A DNA stretch of 52,556 bases from the IMG/VR virus record IMGVR_UViG_3300036829_000111, positions 1 to 52,556 of that record; one strand, 5' to 3'. The stretch is from a virus. Taxonomy: Duplodnaviria > Caudoviricetes. The position numbers and the translations under genes are program-made. The number at the start of each line of letters is the position of its first letter. Within the stretch, counting starts at the first letter, position 1. Positions 18,362 through 27,784 of this stretch are shown here, one piece after another. Under the pieces are notes generated by a model. It ran no database searches, was not told the DNA's origin, and saw only the letters and a program-made list of their open reading frames with translations.

Positions 18362-19521
18362 GCCGCGCTCCTCAGCTCGTTCTGGCGGTTCTTCAGTACG
18401 TCGCCGAGCTCGTTGGCGATCTCGGGGGTGACGGTCTTGTCCTTGACGGCGCGGGCCAGTTCGAGCTTCAGCCCGCGGATGTCCTCATGGCTCCCGGCGC
18501 CCCCGGCACGGCCGGTGAAGTCGACGGCCCACGCGGACTCGCCGCCGTCGGCGTCCTGCCCGGACTCCGGCTCGGCTGCGGGCTGCTGCTGCGCCTGCCG
18601 TGCCCGGCCGCGCAGTTCCGCGACGCGGGCGTCAATCGCCCGGCGGATCTCGTTAGCGCGCTCCGCTTCGAGCGCGCCCCGGTCGTAAAGCTGAGTCACC
18701 TCGTCCTTGATGGCGATCACGTCGTCCGGGGTGCCGATCTCCGCGATCTTCACGTCCCAGTCGCCGAGGTCCGGGCCTGCCGGGCGCTGCGGCCCCTGGC
18801 CGGCAGGCTGCCGGCGCTCCTGCTGCTGCCGGGTGCCGTTCGAGGCGGTCTCGCGAGGCTTCCACTGCCGCTGCTGCCCGTTGCCGTCCGGCCGCGCCGG
18901 AGAGGCGTTGTCGAACGCGTCCACGGCGGACTGCGGCGCGCGGCCGCCTCGCTCCGACCTGCCGCCCGAGGCGGTCGCGTTCTCCGCCGTCGGGTCGGCC
19001 CGGTCGCCCTTGGCCCACAGATCGACAGCCACCCCGAACCGCATCGCTGCGTTGCGGAGCGCGTCGCCGATCAGCACCTTCTCGGCGTCGTTCTGGTTGC
19101 CAGGGCACGACCCGTAGCCGGGCCTGGTGACGCCGCCGACCGTGAGGTTCATCCACAGGCCGACCGCGTTGCCGTTGCGGTCCCGCTCGAACTTCGGCGG
19201 CGCGTTGTCGATCACGTGCCGGACGATGTCCGGGTTACCGGAGGCGAGCGCCGCCTTCAGCATGTCCGGGTCCGGGTCGGTGGCTTTCGGCGCCCATGAC
19301 CATTCCGGATCTACCTCAAGCAGCCTGATCGTGACGTCGGCGTGGCCGACGTAGTCCAGGTGGATGTGCTTGCCGATGGTGGATTTGCATGTGTCGCACC
19401 ACGTCGCCCGGTGCTCGCTGCAGTTGTGGTTGCTGCAGGCCCGGCAGGTGGCGCGGGGAAGCTTGCCGACCACGTCGGCGGGGAACGGGGCGCGCAGCTT
19501 GGTCAGGTCGACGTCGTTCAC
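18358..19521 (-). CDS. Rad52/Sak-like single-strand annealing protein
   Basis: LRAPFP...LDYVGHADVTIRLLEVDPEWSW...EKVLIGDALRNAAMRFGVAVDLW; Cys/His insert and disordered C-terminus. Confidence 0.85.
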   Translation of the reverse strand: MNDVDLTKLRAPFPADVVGKLPRATCRACSNHNCSEHRATWCDTCKSTIGKHIHLDYVGHADVTIRLLEVDPEWSWAPKATDPDPDMLKAALASGNPDIVRHVIDNAPPKFERDRNGNAVGLWMNLTVGGVTRPGYGSCPGNQNDAEKVLIGDALRNAAMRFGVAVDLWAKGDRADPTAENATASGGRSERGGRAPQSAVDAFDNASPARPDGNGQQRQWKPRETASNGTRQQQERRQPAGQGPQRPAGPDLGDWDVKIAEIGTPDDVIAIKDEVTQLYDRGALEAERANEIRRAIDARVAELRGRARQAQQQPAAEPESGQDADGGESAWAVDFTGRAGGAGSHEDIRGLKLELARAVKDKTVTPEIANELGDVLKNRQNELRSAA

Positions 19522-19841
19522 AGTGCACTCCCCGATGTCGTGAGGCCGATAAGGTCCGCGACGATCCGCCGCTCGGCGTCGTCCGGGGCGGCGTAGATGA
19601 TCGCGGCGCAGATGTCGTCGCGGGACTCCGCGTCCCGGACGAGCGCGGCGGCCCGCTCGAGGCGTGCCTGCGCGGCGGCGTCGTTCGCGTGGTCGCCGCA
19701 CCTGTCCTCGACCGACTTGGCGCAGTCCGTGCACTCGTAGGTGTCGGGCTCGACTAGGGCGGCAAGTTCCAGCAGGAGCGCGGTCAGGCCCTTCTTGACG
19801 TCGGCGAGGGTGAACGCCGGGGCTTCGGTCGTGGCGGTCAT
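19518..19841 (-). CDS. Hypothetical protein (CxxC...CxxH)
   Basis: ATG 19841; coupled. Confidence 0.65.
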   Translation of the reverse strand: MTATTEAPAFTLADVKKGLTALLLELAALVEPDTYECTDCAKSVEDRCGDHANDAAAQARLERAAALVRDAESRDDICAAIIYAAPDDAERRIVADLIGLTTSGSAL

Positions 19842-20038
19842 GACGTCGTCACCTCCGCCCGCTCGGTGACGTCCAGGTGCAGGTCCGACATCTCGGCCGA
19901 GGCCACGATCTGGGAGAGCATCGCGCCCGGCGTGCCAGCTGGAGTGTTGTAGAAGCGGTTGCAGGCGCGGGCCAGGAGATCGGCCACCTTGCGGCGCTCG
20001 GCTCGGCTGAGGGGATCGGCCCAGCATGTGCTGCTCAT
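19838..20038 (-). CDS. Small hypothetical protein
   Basis: ATG 20038 with 4-bp overlaps. Confidence 0.55.
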   Translation of the reverse strand: MSSTCWADPLSRAERRKVADLLARACNRFYNTPAGTPGAMLSQIVASAEMSDLHLDVTERAEVTTS

Positions 20039-20541
20039 GCCGCCACCCCGCTCTCGATCTCGTGCGCCCACGTCAGCGGGCTGCGGGTGCCGGTGATCCG
20101 GTCGATCGCCCGCATCACGGTCCTGTAGTCGGCAGGGGACGTGCCGCCGGCCGCGGGGTAGACGAGGGACTGCTCCCACGCCAGTGGCGGCCGGGCGGTC
20201 CTCGGGGTCCTCGGGGACAGGGGCTGCAGGCGCGGGCGCGGTGCGTCCTCGCGGACCCGCTGCGTCTCGGTGCGCGCGGGGGCGTTGAACGGGTGCTGGC
20301 CCTTCAGTGCGGTGCGCAGCCTTGCGAGCAGCTCGGGCGTGGCCTGCGCCCACTGCGGGGCGGAGGGTCCGAACACGGCCTGCGCGTCGGACAGGCCCGG
20401 GATCTCGCCCGTGTCGCGGAGCGGGTCCGGCTGCGGCTCGTCGGGGACTTCCCGGAGCGCGTCCGCCACGGTGACGGCGGTGTCCGGGTCGAACTGGTGG
20501 CGGCCGCGCCTGCGGCTGCGGGGCAGGAGCGAGATGCTCAT
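20035..20541 (-). CDS. Hypothetical Pro-rich protein
   Basis: ATG 20541 with 4-bp overlaps. Confidence 0.6.
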   Translation of the reverse strand: MSISLLPRSRRRGRHQFDPDTAVTVADALREVPDEPQPDPLRDTGEIPGLSDAQAVFGPSAPQWAQATPELLARLRTALKGQHPFNAPARTETQRVREDAPRPRLQPLSPRTPRTARPPLAWEQSLVYPAAGGTSPADYRTVMRAIDRITGTRSPLTWAHEIESGVAA

Positions 20542-20897
20542 GCGGCCACCCCGTTCCCGGCGGCGCGCTTCCGTGCGTCCTCCAGCCACGCCGTGGTGCC
20601 CTTGTTGGCGGGCGCGACATGCGCCTCGCAGGTCAGCGGGCCCCAGACCAGCTCGGCCATGAACGTGCCGTCCGGCAGGGTGATCAGGGGGGTGTTCCAC
20701 GACTCGGCGATGGCCTGCAGGTCGCGCAGTCTCCAGGCGCGGGTGGTGCCCTTGGCCCGGACGTTGATGAGCGGCGAGTCGGGGAGCCGCGCGTCCGGGT
20801 TGGCCTCAACCCAGTCGGCGAACTCGCGGAGCGCGGTCACGAAGTCGGCCCGCGCCATCGCCTGCGCCTCGGCGGCGGAAACGGCAGTGATAGTCAT
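20538..20897 (-). CDS. Hypothetical protein
   Basis: GAGGAG RBS upstream. Confidence 0.7.
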   Translation of the reverse strand: MTITAVSAAEAQAMARADFVTALREFADWVEANPDARLPDSPLINVRAKGTTRAWRLRDLQAIAESWNTPLITLPDGTFMAELVWGPLTCEAHVAPANKGTTAWLEDARKRAAGNGVAA

Positions 20898-20992
20898 TAC
20901 CGGTGCTGCTCCTCTGATGGCGGATCAGTTACAGTTGTCGGCGGCGGTGTTGCTCCGCCCCTCGCCCCGGTGTTCGCAGCACCGGGGCTCTT

Positions 20993-21187
20993 TCATGCGG
21001 CTCTTGCGGGTGCCGCGTGAAGCTGGTTGTAGTGCGCCTCGATCTCGTCGGGGCTCTTTGCGTGTCCGGGGTAGTGCGCGGCCCTGGCGACCGCAGCCGC
21101 CCCGTACTCGGCGGCGAGCTGGTCGCGTTCGGCACACGCAGAGGCGAGGATTCGCGCTGCGGCGGTGATGGCCTCGTCCTTGGTCAT
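20993..21187 (-). CDS. Small hypothetical protein
   Basis: Coupled to the cro-like gene. Confidence 0.6.
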   Translation of the reverse strand: MTKDEAITAAARILASACAERDQLAAEYGAAAVARAAHYPGHAKSPDEIEAHYNQLHAAPARAA

Positions 21188-21435
21188 AAGGCGGCGGCCT
21201 TCGCCGCGGGCTCACCGGTTCCGGCGTCGTCCCTGATGAGGTCATCGACGGGGACGCCGAGTTCGCGGGCGATGCTGATGAGGGTGCTGATGCCGGCCGG
21301 CTTGTTGCCGAGCTCGATGTTCGACAGCGCTTGCGGCGTGATGCCGATGAGCTCGGCGAAACCGGGGACGCTCAGGCCGCGCTGCTTGCGGAGCGCGCGG
21401 ATCTTGGCGCCGTCCTGGCTTCCGATGCGATTCAT
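21184..21435 (-). CDS. Cro-like XRE HTH regulator
   Basis: IRALRKQRGLSVPGFAELIGITPQALSNIELG; first gene of leftward operon, divergent from repressor. Confidence 0.92.
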   Translation of the reverse strand: MNRIGSQDGAKIRALRKQRGLSVPGFAELIGITPQALSNIELGNKPAGISTLISIARELGVPVDDLIRDDAGTGEPAAKAAAL

Positions 21436-21659
21436 AATGACTAATTTAGGAGTCAGATGGAATCGATGTCAAGCCGATGTCGGAATCACGAGGTAACGAG
21501 ACGGCATAGTGCAGAATTGTTACCTGTAGTGGGCACTAGATCGTCACGGAGAGGTGCCCCCGTCATATGATTCCTAGAGAATCATCCGACGGGGCGTGAT
21601 CAACTCCGCCTGACACAGAGACGCTCCGCACAGCCACCACCACGAAAGGAGCCGTCCCA
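21436..21659. promoter_or_regulatory. Immunity switch intergenic region
   Basis: AT-rich; repeated GAATC/GATTC half-sites and palindrome ATGATTC-CTAGA-GAATCAT (21567-21585). Confidence 0.7.
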
Positions 21660-22253
21660 GTGCCGCCAGCCGCCAGCACCTGGAAACGGCTAGGAGACCT
21701 GCTCGTGCGCCGCCGCATCGAGCTAGACCCCGCCTACGCCAACCGCCAAAAATTCGCCGACGCAGTACGCGTGAACTACAGGACCATCGCCGACATCGAG
21801 AAGGGGCGCCGCGACAACTACGAGGCCGCCACCATCGCCTCCGTGGAGGTCGCCTACCGGCTGGCAGGCGGCTCGATCGCCCGCACCGTCGCCGGCGGCA
21901 GCCTCGAGCCGCTGTCCGTCACGGAAAGGACCGTCGACCCGTCCGCGCAGGCCGCCCGGGCTCGCGCGGATACCTCCGACCCGGACACCGCCCCCGACGT
22001 TCTGTTCCCCGCCGACCCGGTCCGCCAGGACATGTGGCGGGTGATCACCGACCCGCGCATGCCCGCGGACGAGAAGCTCGCCGCGCTCGCCGGCCCCGCG
22101 CTGTTCCCCGGGGACCGCGCCAAGCAGGCCATCGTGGCAGCCGACATCATCAGCCGCGAGAAGCCGGCCGAGATGGCGGCGAAGATCCGGGTCCTGGACC
22201 GCATGCGCGCCGAGGCGCGGGGAAGGTCAGTGCACAGCGAACAATCAGCGTAA
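21660..22253 (+). CDS. cI-like immunity repressor (XRE HTH)
   Basis: WKRLGDLLVRRRIEL...NRQKFADAVRVNYRTIADIEKGRRDNY; divergent from cro-like gene. Confidence 0.85.
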   Translation: MPPAASTWKRLGDLLVRRRIELDPAYANRQKFADAVRVNYRTIADIEKGRRDNYEAATIASVEVAYRLAGGSIARTVAGGSLEPLSVTERTVDPSAQAARARADTSDPDTAPDVLFPADPVRQDMWRVITDPRMPADEKLAALAGPALFPGDRAKQAIVAADIISREKPAEMAAKIRVLDRMRAEARGRSVHSEQSA

Positions 22254-22423
22254 CAGCCCGTGATCGCACCGTAATGCACATGTAAGCGGGATGAATTTCC
22301 GGTAAACCTGGACAACCCTCAACACGTCACCTATCAAGGGGAGTACCGCAAGGCACACTCCACCATGAGGCCGCCCCGGACCCCGGCGGCAATCCCGCTA
22401 CCGCGCACGAGGGGACTACCTCC

Positions 22424-22708
22424 ATGCCCTCCGATCCCGCTTCCCTCGCCGAGCACGTCGACCGCGCCGAGGTCCTGTACAGCCAGGCCGCCCGGCTGTG
22501 CGGCGCGAGTCCCCAGCCGCAGCCCGTCGAGTTCGCCGTCCTGGCCGATGCGATGAGGACCCTCGCCGACGCGCTCCGCAGCGCCATCCCGTCCGCCGAG
22601 GCGGTCGCCGAGTCCTACGCCTCCGGGTGGGACGCCTGCGAGAAGTCGATCGCCGCGCTCGCCGCCGAGGAGGACCGGACCGGGCGGCACCTGCGCGTCG
22701 CCGGCTAA
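22424..22708 (+). CDS. Hypothetical protein
   Basis: GAGGGG RBS; helical composition. Confidence 0.6.
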   Translation: MPSDPASLAEHVDRAEVLYSQAARLCGASPQPQPVEFAVLADAMRTLADALRSAIPSAEAVAESYASGWDACEKSIAALAAEEDRTGRHLRVAG

Positions 22709-23454
22709 GGCAGCCGGGCGATCATCGTGCCGACCCCGCCCTGGCGCGACGGCCGGTACGCGACCCCGGATGACACCACCCTCATCCCGGCATCCTCCGC
22801 CCATCCCGCCACGTCCCCGGGTGCGTGCCAGTGCAAGGGGATGCCCATCGCCGCGAACGCCTCCGTCACGGCCGGCGGGGCACCTGGGACCCCGGCCGAG
22901 GTGACCAGCCACGACCCCGGCGGCATCAGCGCGGCGTAGCCGGCGATCACCTCCGCGCACCGGTCCGCAGGCCAGAAGTGCATGCAGAGCCGCAGGTGGC
23001 AGCACCACGGCCCCGGCGAGCCCGCGATCAGCGGGTTCGCGAGCAGCTCGGCAGGCCGCGAGGCCCAGCCCTCGATCGCGTGCACCCGCGGGCTGGTAGG
23101 CCGCACCGCCTGGCGGATCAGGACCGCCTGCGGGTTCGGGTCGGCGAACACGTGCGTGCCGTGCAGCACGCGGCCCCGCGTCGTCACGTGCGGCTCCGGG
23201 TCGGCGGGCAGTCCCGCCGGGGCGTGCACCACCGTGCTGGTCCCGTGCCTGAGCGCGCGGACCGTGGCCTGCCGGTGGAACTCGCGGGCATGCCGCACCG
23301 CGGCGGCCGTGCCGGGCGCCAGCGCCTCCACCCGGGCGGCGAGGTCCCGGTCCTCCGGGTTCGCCCACCTGCTATCGGCCCAAGCGGCGTACAGACGGGA
23401 GCAGTCGCTCGGTTCCATCGGCGGAGTTTCTCCCGTCACAACACTGTTACTCAT
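22705..23454 (-). CDS. Divergent actinobacterial SAM-dependent methyltransferase-like protein (Methyltransf_19/DUF574-like)
   Basis: SRLYAAW...DRDLAARVEALAPG...REFHRQA...AGLP...PH...MHF...MPPGSWLV; start uncertain. Confidence 0.7.
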   Translation of the reverse strand: MSNSVVTGETPPMEPSDCSRLYAAWADSRWANPEDRDLAARVEALAPGTAAAVRHAREFHRQATVRALRHGTSTVVHAPAGLPADPEPHVTTRGRVLHGTHVFADPNPQAVLIRQAVRPTSPRVHAIEGWASRPAELLANPLIAGSPGPWCCHLRLCMHFWPADRCAEVIAGYAALMPPGSWLVTSAGVPGAPPAVTEAFAAMGIPLHWHAPGDVAGWAEDAGMRVVSSGVAYRPSRQGGVGTMIARLP

Positions 23455-23613
23455 CAGTACAGCGCTGCCAGGGGACACCGACATCACGCGGTCGCCAGCA
23501 GCGCACCAGGGCGGCGGCAACCGCGCCACGCCTCGCCTGACAACGCTACTACCAGGTAATCTCTCGTGTCACAGCGGCCCCGCCCGGGGCCGGCACGCCC
23601 CGGCGCACACGCC

Positions 23614-23874
23614 TCAAGCCGCACGCCTCATCGGCGCCCACGACACCACGCCGTCCGCGGCCGTCCCCTTCGACCCGACCCCGGTCCGCTTGTGCACCAG
23701 CACCAGGTCCGGTCCCGGCGCGAGCCGGGCCAGCTCCACCACCGCGGTCCCGGCGATGCCGATGCACTCCCCGGCCGCCTCGACAGCGTCCTGCTCGCGC
23801 CCGGCGACACCGCTATGGCTGCCCGCATCCCACAGCCACACGACGGGATACAGGGGGTCCGCTGAATCGGTCAT
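23614..23874 (-). CDS. Hypothetical protein
   Basis: ORF divergent from XRE gene. Confidence 0.55.
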   Translation of the reverse strand: MTDSADPLYPVVWLWDAGSHSGVAGREQDAVEAAGECIGIAGTAVVELARLAPGPDLVLVHKRTGVGSKGTAADGVVSWAPMRRAA

Positions 23875-23970
23875 ACGGGCAGCATGCACGCAGGCGGGGT
23901 AACGTTGTCACTGCGACGCGCTGCCCGCTCCAGCGCCGCAAAACTGGCAGCACTCACTTACGGAGCGGGC

Positions 23971-25083
23971 ATGGACGTATTCGCCGATGTCGTGACACGC
24001 TACATAGAGGAACGCGGCGTCAGCGTCCGCACCCTGGCCAGGACGATCGGCTACAGCGACGCCTACGTGGGCAGAGTCATCCGGGGCGTCAGGCCGCGGA
24101 GTGCCGGCCTCGCCCGTCGCATCGACGACGCCCTCGATGCCGGAGGGGAGATCGCCGACGCGGTCAGCACCGGCCCGCAGCCCGCAGCGGAAGAGGTCTA
24201 CGTCGTGCCGCAGGAACTCATCAACGACTTCGCCTTCCAGCTTGCCTCCCAGTACCGGACCGACCGCTACCTCGGCTCCGGCACCCTCATCCCCGTCGCG
24301 CACGCCCAGTACAAGGTGGTCAAGGGCGTCGCAGAGGCCGCGAAGGGCACCGACCGGGCCGCGCTCGAGGGCACTGCAGCCGGGTTCGCCGGCCTGCTCG
24401 GCTGGCTTTACCAGGACGCGGGCAAGATGACCGAGTCCGCGCACTGGCACGACCTCATGCTCGTCCACGCGCAGCGCTCCGGCGACGTGCAGCTGGCCGC
24501 GTTCGCCCTCCAGGCGAAGGCGTTCATGGTTTCCGACACCGGTGACGGCGCCGCGGTCTTGGACCTCACCGGCGAGGCGCTGCAAAACCGCTCTCGGCTC
24601 GCGCCGAAGGTCATGGTCCACCTGCTCCAGCAGCGGGCCCACGGGCTGTCGCTCGCCGGGGGCGACCCCGCCGAGGCGTTCCGGCTGATCGACGAGGCCG
24701 AGACGTTCATGGACGGCGCCGACGACGGGCGGCCATGGGGCACCGCGGTTAACAGCCCGCGGTTCCTTGATGTCCGGCGGGCCTCTGTCGCTACGAGGGC
24801 GGGCCTCGCCGGGGCGCTGGATATGTGGGATGACCTGCTGCCCGATGTCGCGCCGGGACGGGACCGCGGCGTTTTCATGACGCGGAAGGCGCAGGCCCTC
24901 GCGGCAGCCCGGGAGCCGGACGAGGCGGTCCGCGTGGCACGGGAGGTGATCCTGCTGGCCAGGCGCACCGGGTCAGCCCGGATGCGGCGCGAGCTCGACG
25001 TGCTGCAGGACAGGCTGGTGCCGTATCAGCGCCAGGGACGGGAACTGCGGGAGGCCGTGGCAGGGCTGCGCAAGGGACGCTAG
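23971..25083 (+). CDS. XRE HTH regulator with C-terminal helical-repeat (TPR-like) domain
   Basis: ERGVSVRTLARTIGYSDAYVGRV...LARRIDDALDAGG; LLGWLYQDAG; RRTGSARMRREL. Confidence 0.88.
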   Translation: MDVFADVVTRYIEERGVSVRTLARTIGYSDAYVGRVIRGVRPRSAGLARRIDDALDAGGEIADAVSTGPQPAAEEVYVVPQELINDFAFQLASQYRTDRYLGSGTLIPVAHAQYKVVKGVAEAAKGTDRAALEGTAAGFAGLLGWLYQDAGKMTESAHWHDLMLVHAQRSGDVQLAAFALQAKAFMVSDTGDGAAVLDLTGEALQNRSRLAPKVMVHLLQQRAHGLSLAGGDPAEAFRLIDEAETFMDGADDGRPWGTAVNSPRFLDVRRASVATRAGLAGALDMWDDLLPDVAPGRDRGVFMTRKAQALAAAREPDEAVRVAREVILLARRTGSARMRRELDVLQDRLVPYQRQGRELREAVAGLRKGR

Positions 25084-25096
25084 GCGACTAGACAGC

Positions 25097-25131
25097 AAGA
25101 GACCCCCCGCCATCCTGGCGGGGGGTCTCTC
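25097..25131. terminator. Hairpin terminator between convergent genes
   Basis: AGAGACCCCCCGCCA-TCC-TGGCGGGGGGTCTCT perfect 15-bp stem. Confidence 0.85.
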
Positions 25132-25141
25132 TGCGTTCAGG

Positions 25142-25591
25142 CTAGGGCTGCGGATCGTGCAGGGCTCCATGATCCGACGCACCCCACTGGCGCAGGTGCG
25201 GCCACGTGTTACACCACAGGCATGCCCACGCCAGGTTGGCCGTCCCATTCGATCCGCTGAGGACGCGCGCAATGCGGTGGTCGAGCGAGCCGATACGCCG
25301 GCCGACCGGCTCCCACGGGAGAGGACGCCCGTCAGCGCCCGACGGACGCTCCTGCAAGGCCAGCGAGCCGCAATACTCGCAGCGGCCCCGGGCATTCTCC
25401 AAGACAGTCCAGATATCAGCGGCAGTGAGCTTGACGTCAACGGCCTCGAGCCGCTTGCGATTGGCGGTCTTCGCCTTACGCGCGCACCACCTCCTGCGCT
25501 CCGCCTCAGTCGTCTGCTCCAGGTAGTGCTCCCAGCTGGCGTACTCCGCCGGCATCGCACCAACCCCGGTCTCCACGAGCTTAAACTTCAT
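25142..25591 (-). CDS. HNH endonuclease
   Basis: GRCEYCG...SLDHRIARVLSGSNGTANLAWACLWCN. Confidence 0.88.
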   Translation of the reverse strand: MKFKLVETGVGAMPAEYASWEHYLEQTTEAERRRWCARKAKTANRKRLEAVDVKLTAADIWTVLENARGRCEYCGSLALQERPSGADGRPLPWEPVGRRIGSLDHRIARVLSGSNGTANLAWACLWCNTWPHLRQWGASDHGALHDPQP

Positions 25592-25627
25592 CTTGCCCGT
25601 CTCCGGTCCATCACGGCAGGCGTCAGC

Positions 25628-25804
25628 TCATCCATGACGCTCATCCTCTCTATGTCGTGTCGCTCTGGATTCCCGAAGTCTGGACAAGTGCGGGGAAAGG
25701 ATCGCCGCGACCTTGTCGGCCTGTTCCTGGGTGAGCGGCCCTAGCGCGCGGCCGGCCTCGGTGCCCGCGGCCTCGATCTCGGCGAGAGTGCGGCAGACGG
25801 TCAT
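25628..25804 (-). CDS. Small hypothetical protein
   Basis: Manual ORF MTVCRTLAEIEAAG...PLTQEQADKVAAILSP; ATGA overlap. Confidence 0.55.
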   Translation of the reverse strand: MTVCRTLAEIEAAGTEAGRALGPLTQEQADKVAAILSPHLSRLRESRATRHREDERHG

Positions 25805-26130
25805 GGTGCCACCGTAGCTGGCTCCACGGACACCGACGCCCCGGCAGCACCGGCCCCGAGCGCCCGCACAACCTCAGCACCCACCGCCAGCGCATCCGCG
25901 CAGTCCCTCGCGTCCACGACCAGTGAGAGCACCGACTGCGCAGACGTCCACCCGGTCACCAGTCCACGCGCTGACAGGATCACCGCGGCGAGATCGGCGA
26001 TCGCCTGGTCCTCCGCGGGCTCCGCATTGCTCCCGCTGCGCGTGATCGTCACATCAACCCGGTACCGGCGCCCGACCGCCGGGAGATCCGGGAACAGGTC
26101 GGAAAGCGTGATCGGCGCGTCAACGTCCAT
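25801..26130 (-). CDS. Hypothetical protein
   Basis: Co-oriented ORF with alpha/beta pattern. Confidence 0.6.
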   Translation of the reverse strand: MDVDAPITLSDLFPDLPAVGRRYRVDVTITRSGSNAEPAEDQAIADLAAVILSARGLVTGWTSAQSVLSLVVDARDCADALAVGAEVVRALGAGAAGASVSVEPATVAP

Positions 26131-26172
26131 GACCGCACGGTACGGCGGGGCACTGACATTCCGACAGCACCG

Positions 26173-26358
26173 TCACTCCGTGTCGGGCTGCGTCTTCCGC
26201 GAGGGGTCGTCGCCGAGCTCCCTGTCGATGAATTCCAGGATCGCGCGCCGCACGATCGACGCGAGCGGAACCTCGTACCTTTGCCGCCGCCGGATCGTCT
26301 CCAGGTCTTCGCGCATGGGCTCGTCGAGGCGCAAGTTGTACCCCTTCATCGGCGGCAT
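26173..26358 (-). CDS. Ribbon-helix-helix (CopG/Arc-like) regulator
   Basis: YNLRLDEPMREDLETI...LASIVRRAILEFIDRE. Confidence 0.8.
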   Translation of the reverse strand: MPPMKGYNLRLDEPMREDLETIRRRQRYEVPLASIVRRAILEFIDRELGDDPSRKTQPDTE

Positions 26359-26501
26359 GCGGGAACCTTACAGAAGCCCGCAGTAACCCTCATCGGCGGG
26401 TTACGCAGCGTATCACGATGCACCACGCCGCACCACGGCGTAGTGCGAACGTGGCGACAATCCGTGATGTTGTGACTACGCCTGGAAGACCGCCCCCAAA
26501 C

Positions 26502-26547
26502 GCCGCGCCCCCCGGAAGACCGTCATCTTCCGGGGGGCGCGGCTTTA
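26502..26547. terminator. GC-rich hairpin terminator
   Basis: GCCGCGCCCCCCGGAAGA-CCGTCA-TCTTCCGGGGGGCGCGGC followed by TTT. Confidence 0.8.
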
Positions 26548-26588
26548 CTGGCGTTCTGGTGCCTCGCGGCGCGGCGGGGCATTGACAT

Positions 26589-26954
26589 TCAGCGCAAGGC
26601 GCTCCGTCCGTAGCCGTCGATCCACGACCGGGCAAAGTCGCAGACGCCGTCCGCGTGGTCGTGGGCGTCCTCGCGCACCCGGCCGCCATGCAGTTGCCCG
26701 CACGGCGCATAGTCGGCGCGCTGCCGCTCGTCCATCAGCGCCCAGTCCTCGCGGCACGGCATCGTCCGCCGCCGCCCCGGCCGCCAGAACAGGACGAGGC
26801 AGCCGAGCGGGGGCAGCACCAGGGCGGCGGAGTCGTTGCACCACTCATCGCCGCCGCGGAAAGCCCTCGGCCGCCACCAGTCGGTCACCGACCAAGGGAA
26901 CCACCACATGAAGCGGCGCCGGTAGATGCCGTCGCGGCGGAAGGTCAGGCTCAT
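26589..26954 (-). CDS. Trp-rich hypothetical protein
   Basis: GGDEWCNDS motif; co-oriented. Confidence 0.6.
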   Translation of the reverse strand: MSLTFRRDGIYRRRFMWWFPWSVTDWWRPRAFRGGDEWCNDSAALVLPPLGCLVLFWRPGRRRTMPCREDWALMDERQRADYAPCGQLHGGRVREDAHDHADGVCDFARSWIDGYGRSALR

Positions 26955-27135
26955 AACCGCAGTGTCCCACTACCGGGCGGCAGCCGCGGCGTCCGCGAAC
27001 TCGGTCAGCGCCCCGGCGATCTCCCGCGCCTTGGCCTCGTCCAGCACCACCTCAGCCCAGCAGTGCGGCTCACCGCGCACGAGAACCTGCCACGCCCCGG
27101 CGAGGCGCTGACGGAGCCGTGCGCGCCAATCGCCC

Positions 27136-27462
27136 TCAAGCATGATGCAACCCTCCGCTGATACGCTCGACCTCTTCCGTCACCTCTCCTGCCCCCGCCT
27201 GTAAGACGTCTACCTTGCCGCTGAACCGCTGTCGTGCCGCTTGCCGTGATACCCCGATGGCGAGCCCGATCCGCGTCCACGACCTGCCGTGCGCCCTTGC
27301 TATGGCCACGCGCTCCGTCAGCCTCGCCTCGGCAGTGCTCACCGCATCCGCCGCGGCGGCGATGTCACGCAGGTCTGAAATGTCTGTGCGTACGGCTGAT
27401 TCGGGGTCGAAGTCCTCGAACGCCTTGGCTGCCTTCTCGATGTCTTCGTCGGTCCATGGCAT
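27136..27462 (-). CDS. Putative antitoxin, HTH protein
   Basis: Acidic N-terminus and ARAHGRSWTRIGLAIGVSRQAARQRF; GAGGTG RBS. Confidence 0.8.
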   Translation of the reverse strand: MPWTDEDIEKAAKAFEDFDPESAVRTDISDLRDIAAAADAVSTAEARLTERVAIARAHGRSWTRIGLAIGVSRQAARQRFSGKVDVLQAGAGEVTEEVERISGGLHHA

Positions 27463-27704
27463 GTGATCACCACCTCTAAGAGGTATTTGTTGAAGCGAGG
27501 CCGAAGCCGCATTGCGTGGATGATGACGGGATCGTCGCTGTCCGGTCCCAGGATGCCGATTTCAAGAAGGGCGCCGTTCCTGGCGGGGCCGATCAGCATC
27601 AGGAGATGGCCGTGCTCGAACCCCGGATTGACCGCGTTGCGGATGGCGTGCCAGATGTCTTCGGCCGTGACGCCGTGCTTGAGTGCTGAGGTATGTAAGC
27701 GCAT
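27339..27704 (-). CDS. Putative RelE/BrnT-fold toxin (toxin-first TA pair)
   Basis: MRLHTSALKHGVTAEDIWHAIRNA...LIGPARNGALLEIG...VIIHAMRLR; apparently leaderless. Confidence 0.75.
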   Translation of the reverse strand: MRLHTSALKHGVTAEDIWHAIRNAVNPGFEHGHLLMLIGPARNGALLEIGILGPDSDDPVIIHAMRLRPRFNKYLLEVVITCHGPTKTSRRQPRRSRTSTPNQPYAQTFQTCVTSPPRRMR

Positions 27705-27739
27705 GTTGACAAGATAAGTTGTCGGCAAGGAGCGAGTCA
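27705..27739 (-). promoter_or_regulatory. Promoter and operator of TA operon
   Basis: Minus-strand TTGACT ... TATCTT a few bases before ATG; GACAA-N7-TTGTC palindrome (27708-27724). Confidence 0.65.
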
Positions 27740-27784
27740 AGCCGTGAGCCGATGGAGCAGGACGCCATGGGGCAACCATTGACC

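Noticed and set aside
7513-20897. Many proteins ending in EVAA/GVAA/RSAA
   Set aside because: By-product of GGAGG-type RBS plus ATGA/GTGA translational coupling, not a protein motif.
266-21435. Idea that the serine recombinase inverts the whole early arm
   Set aside because: I could not find a second copy of the 266-326 site in the window by eye; unsupported without a search.
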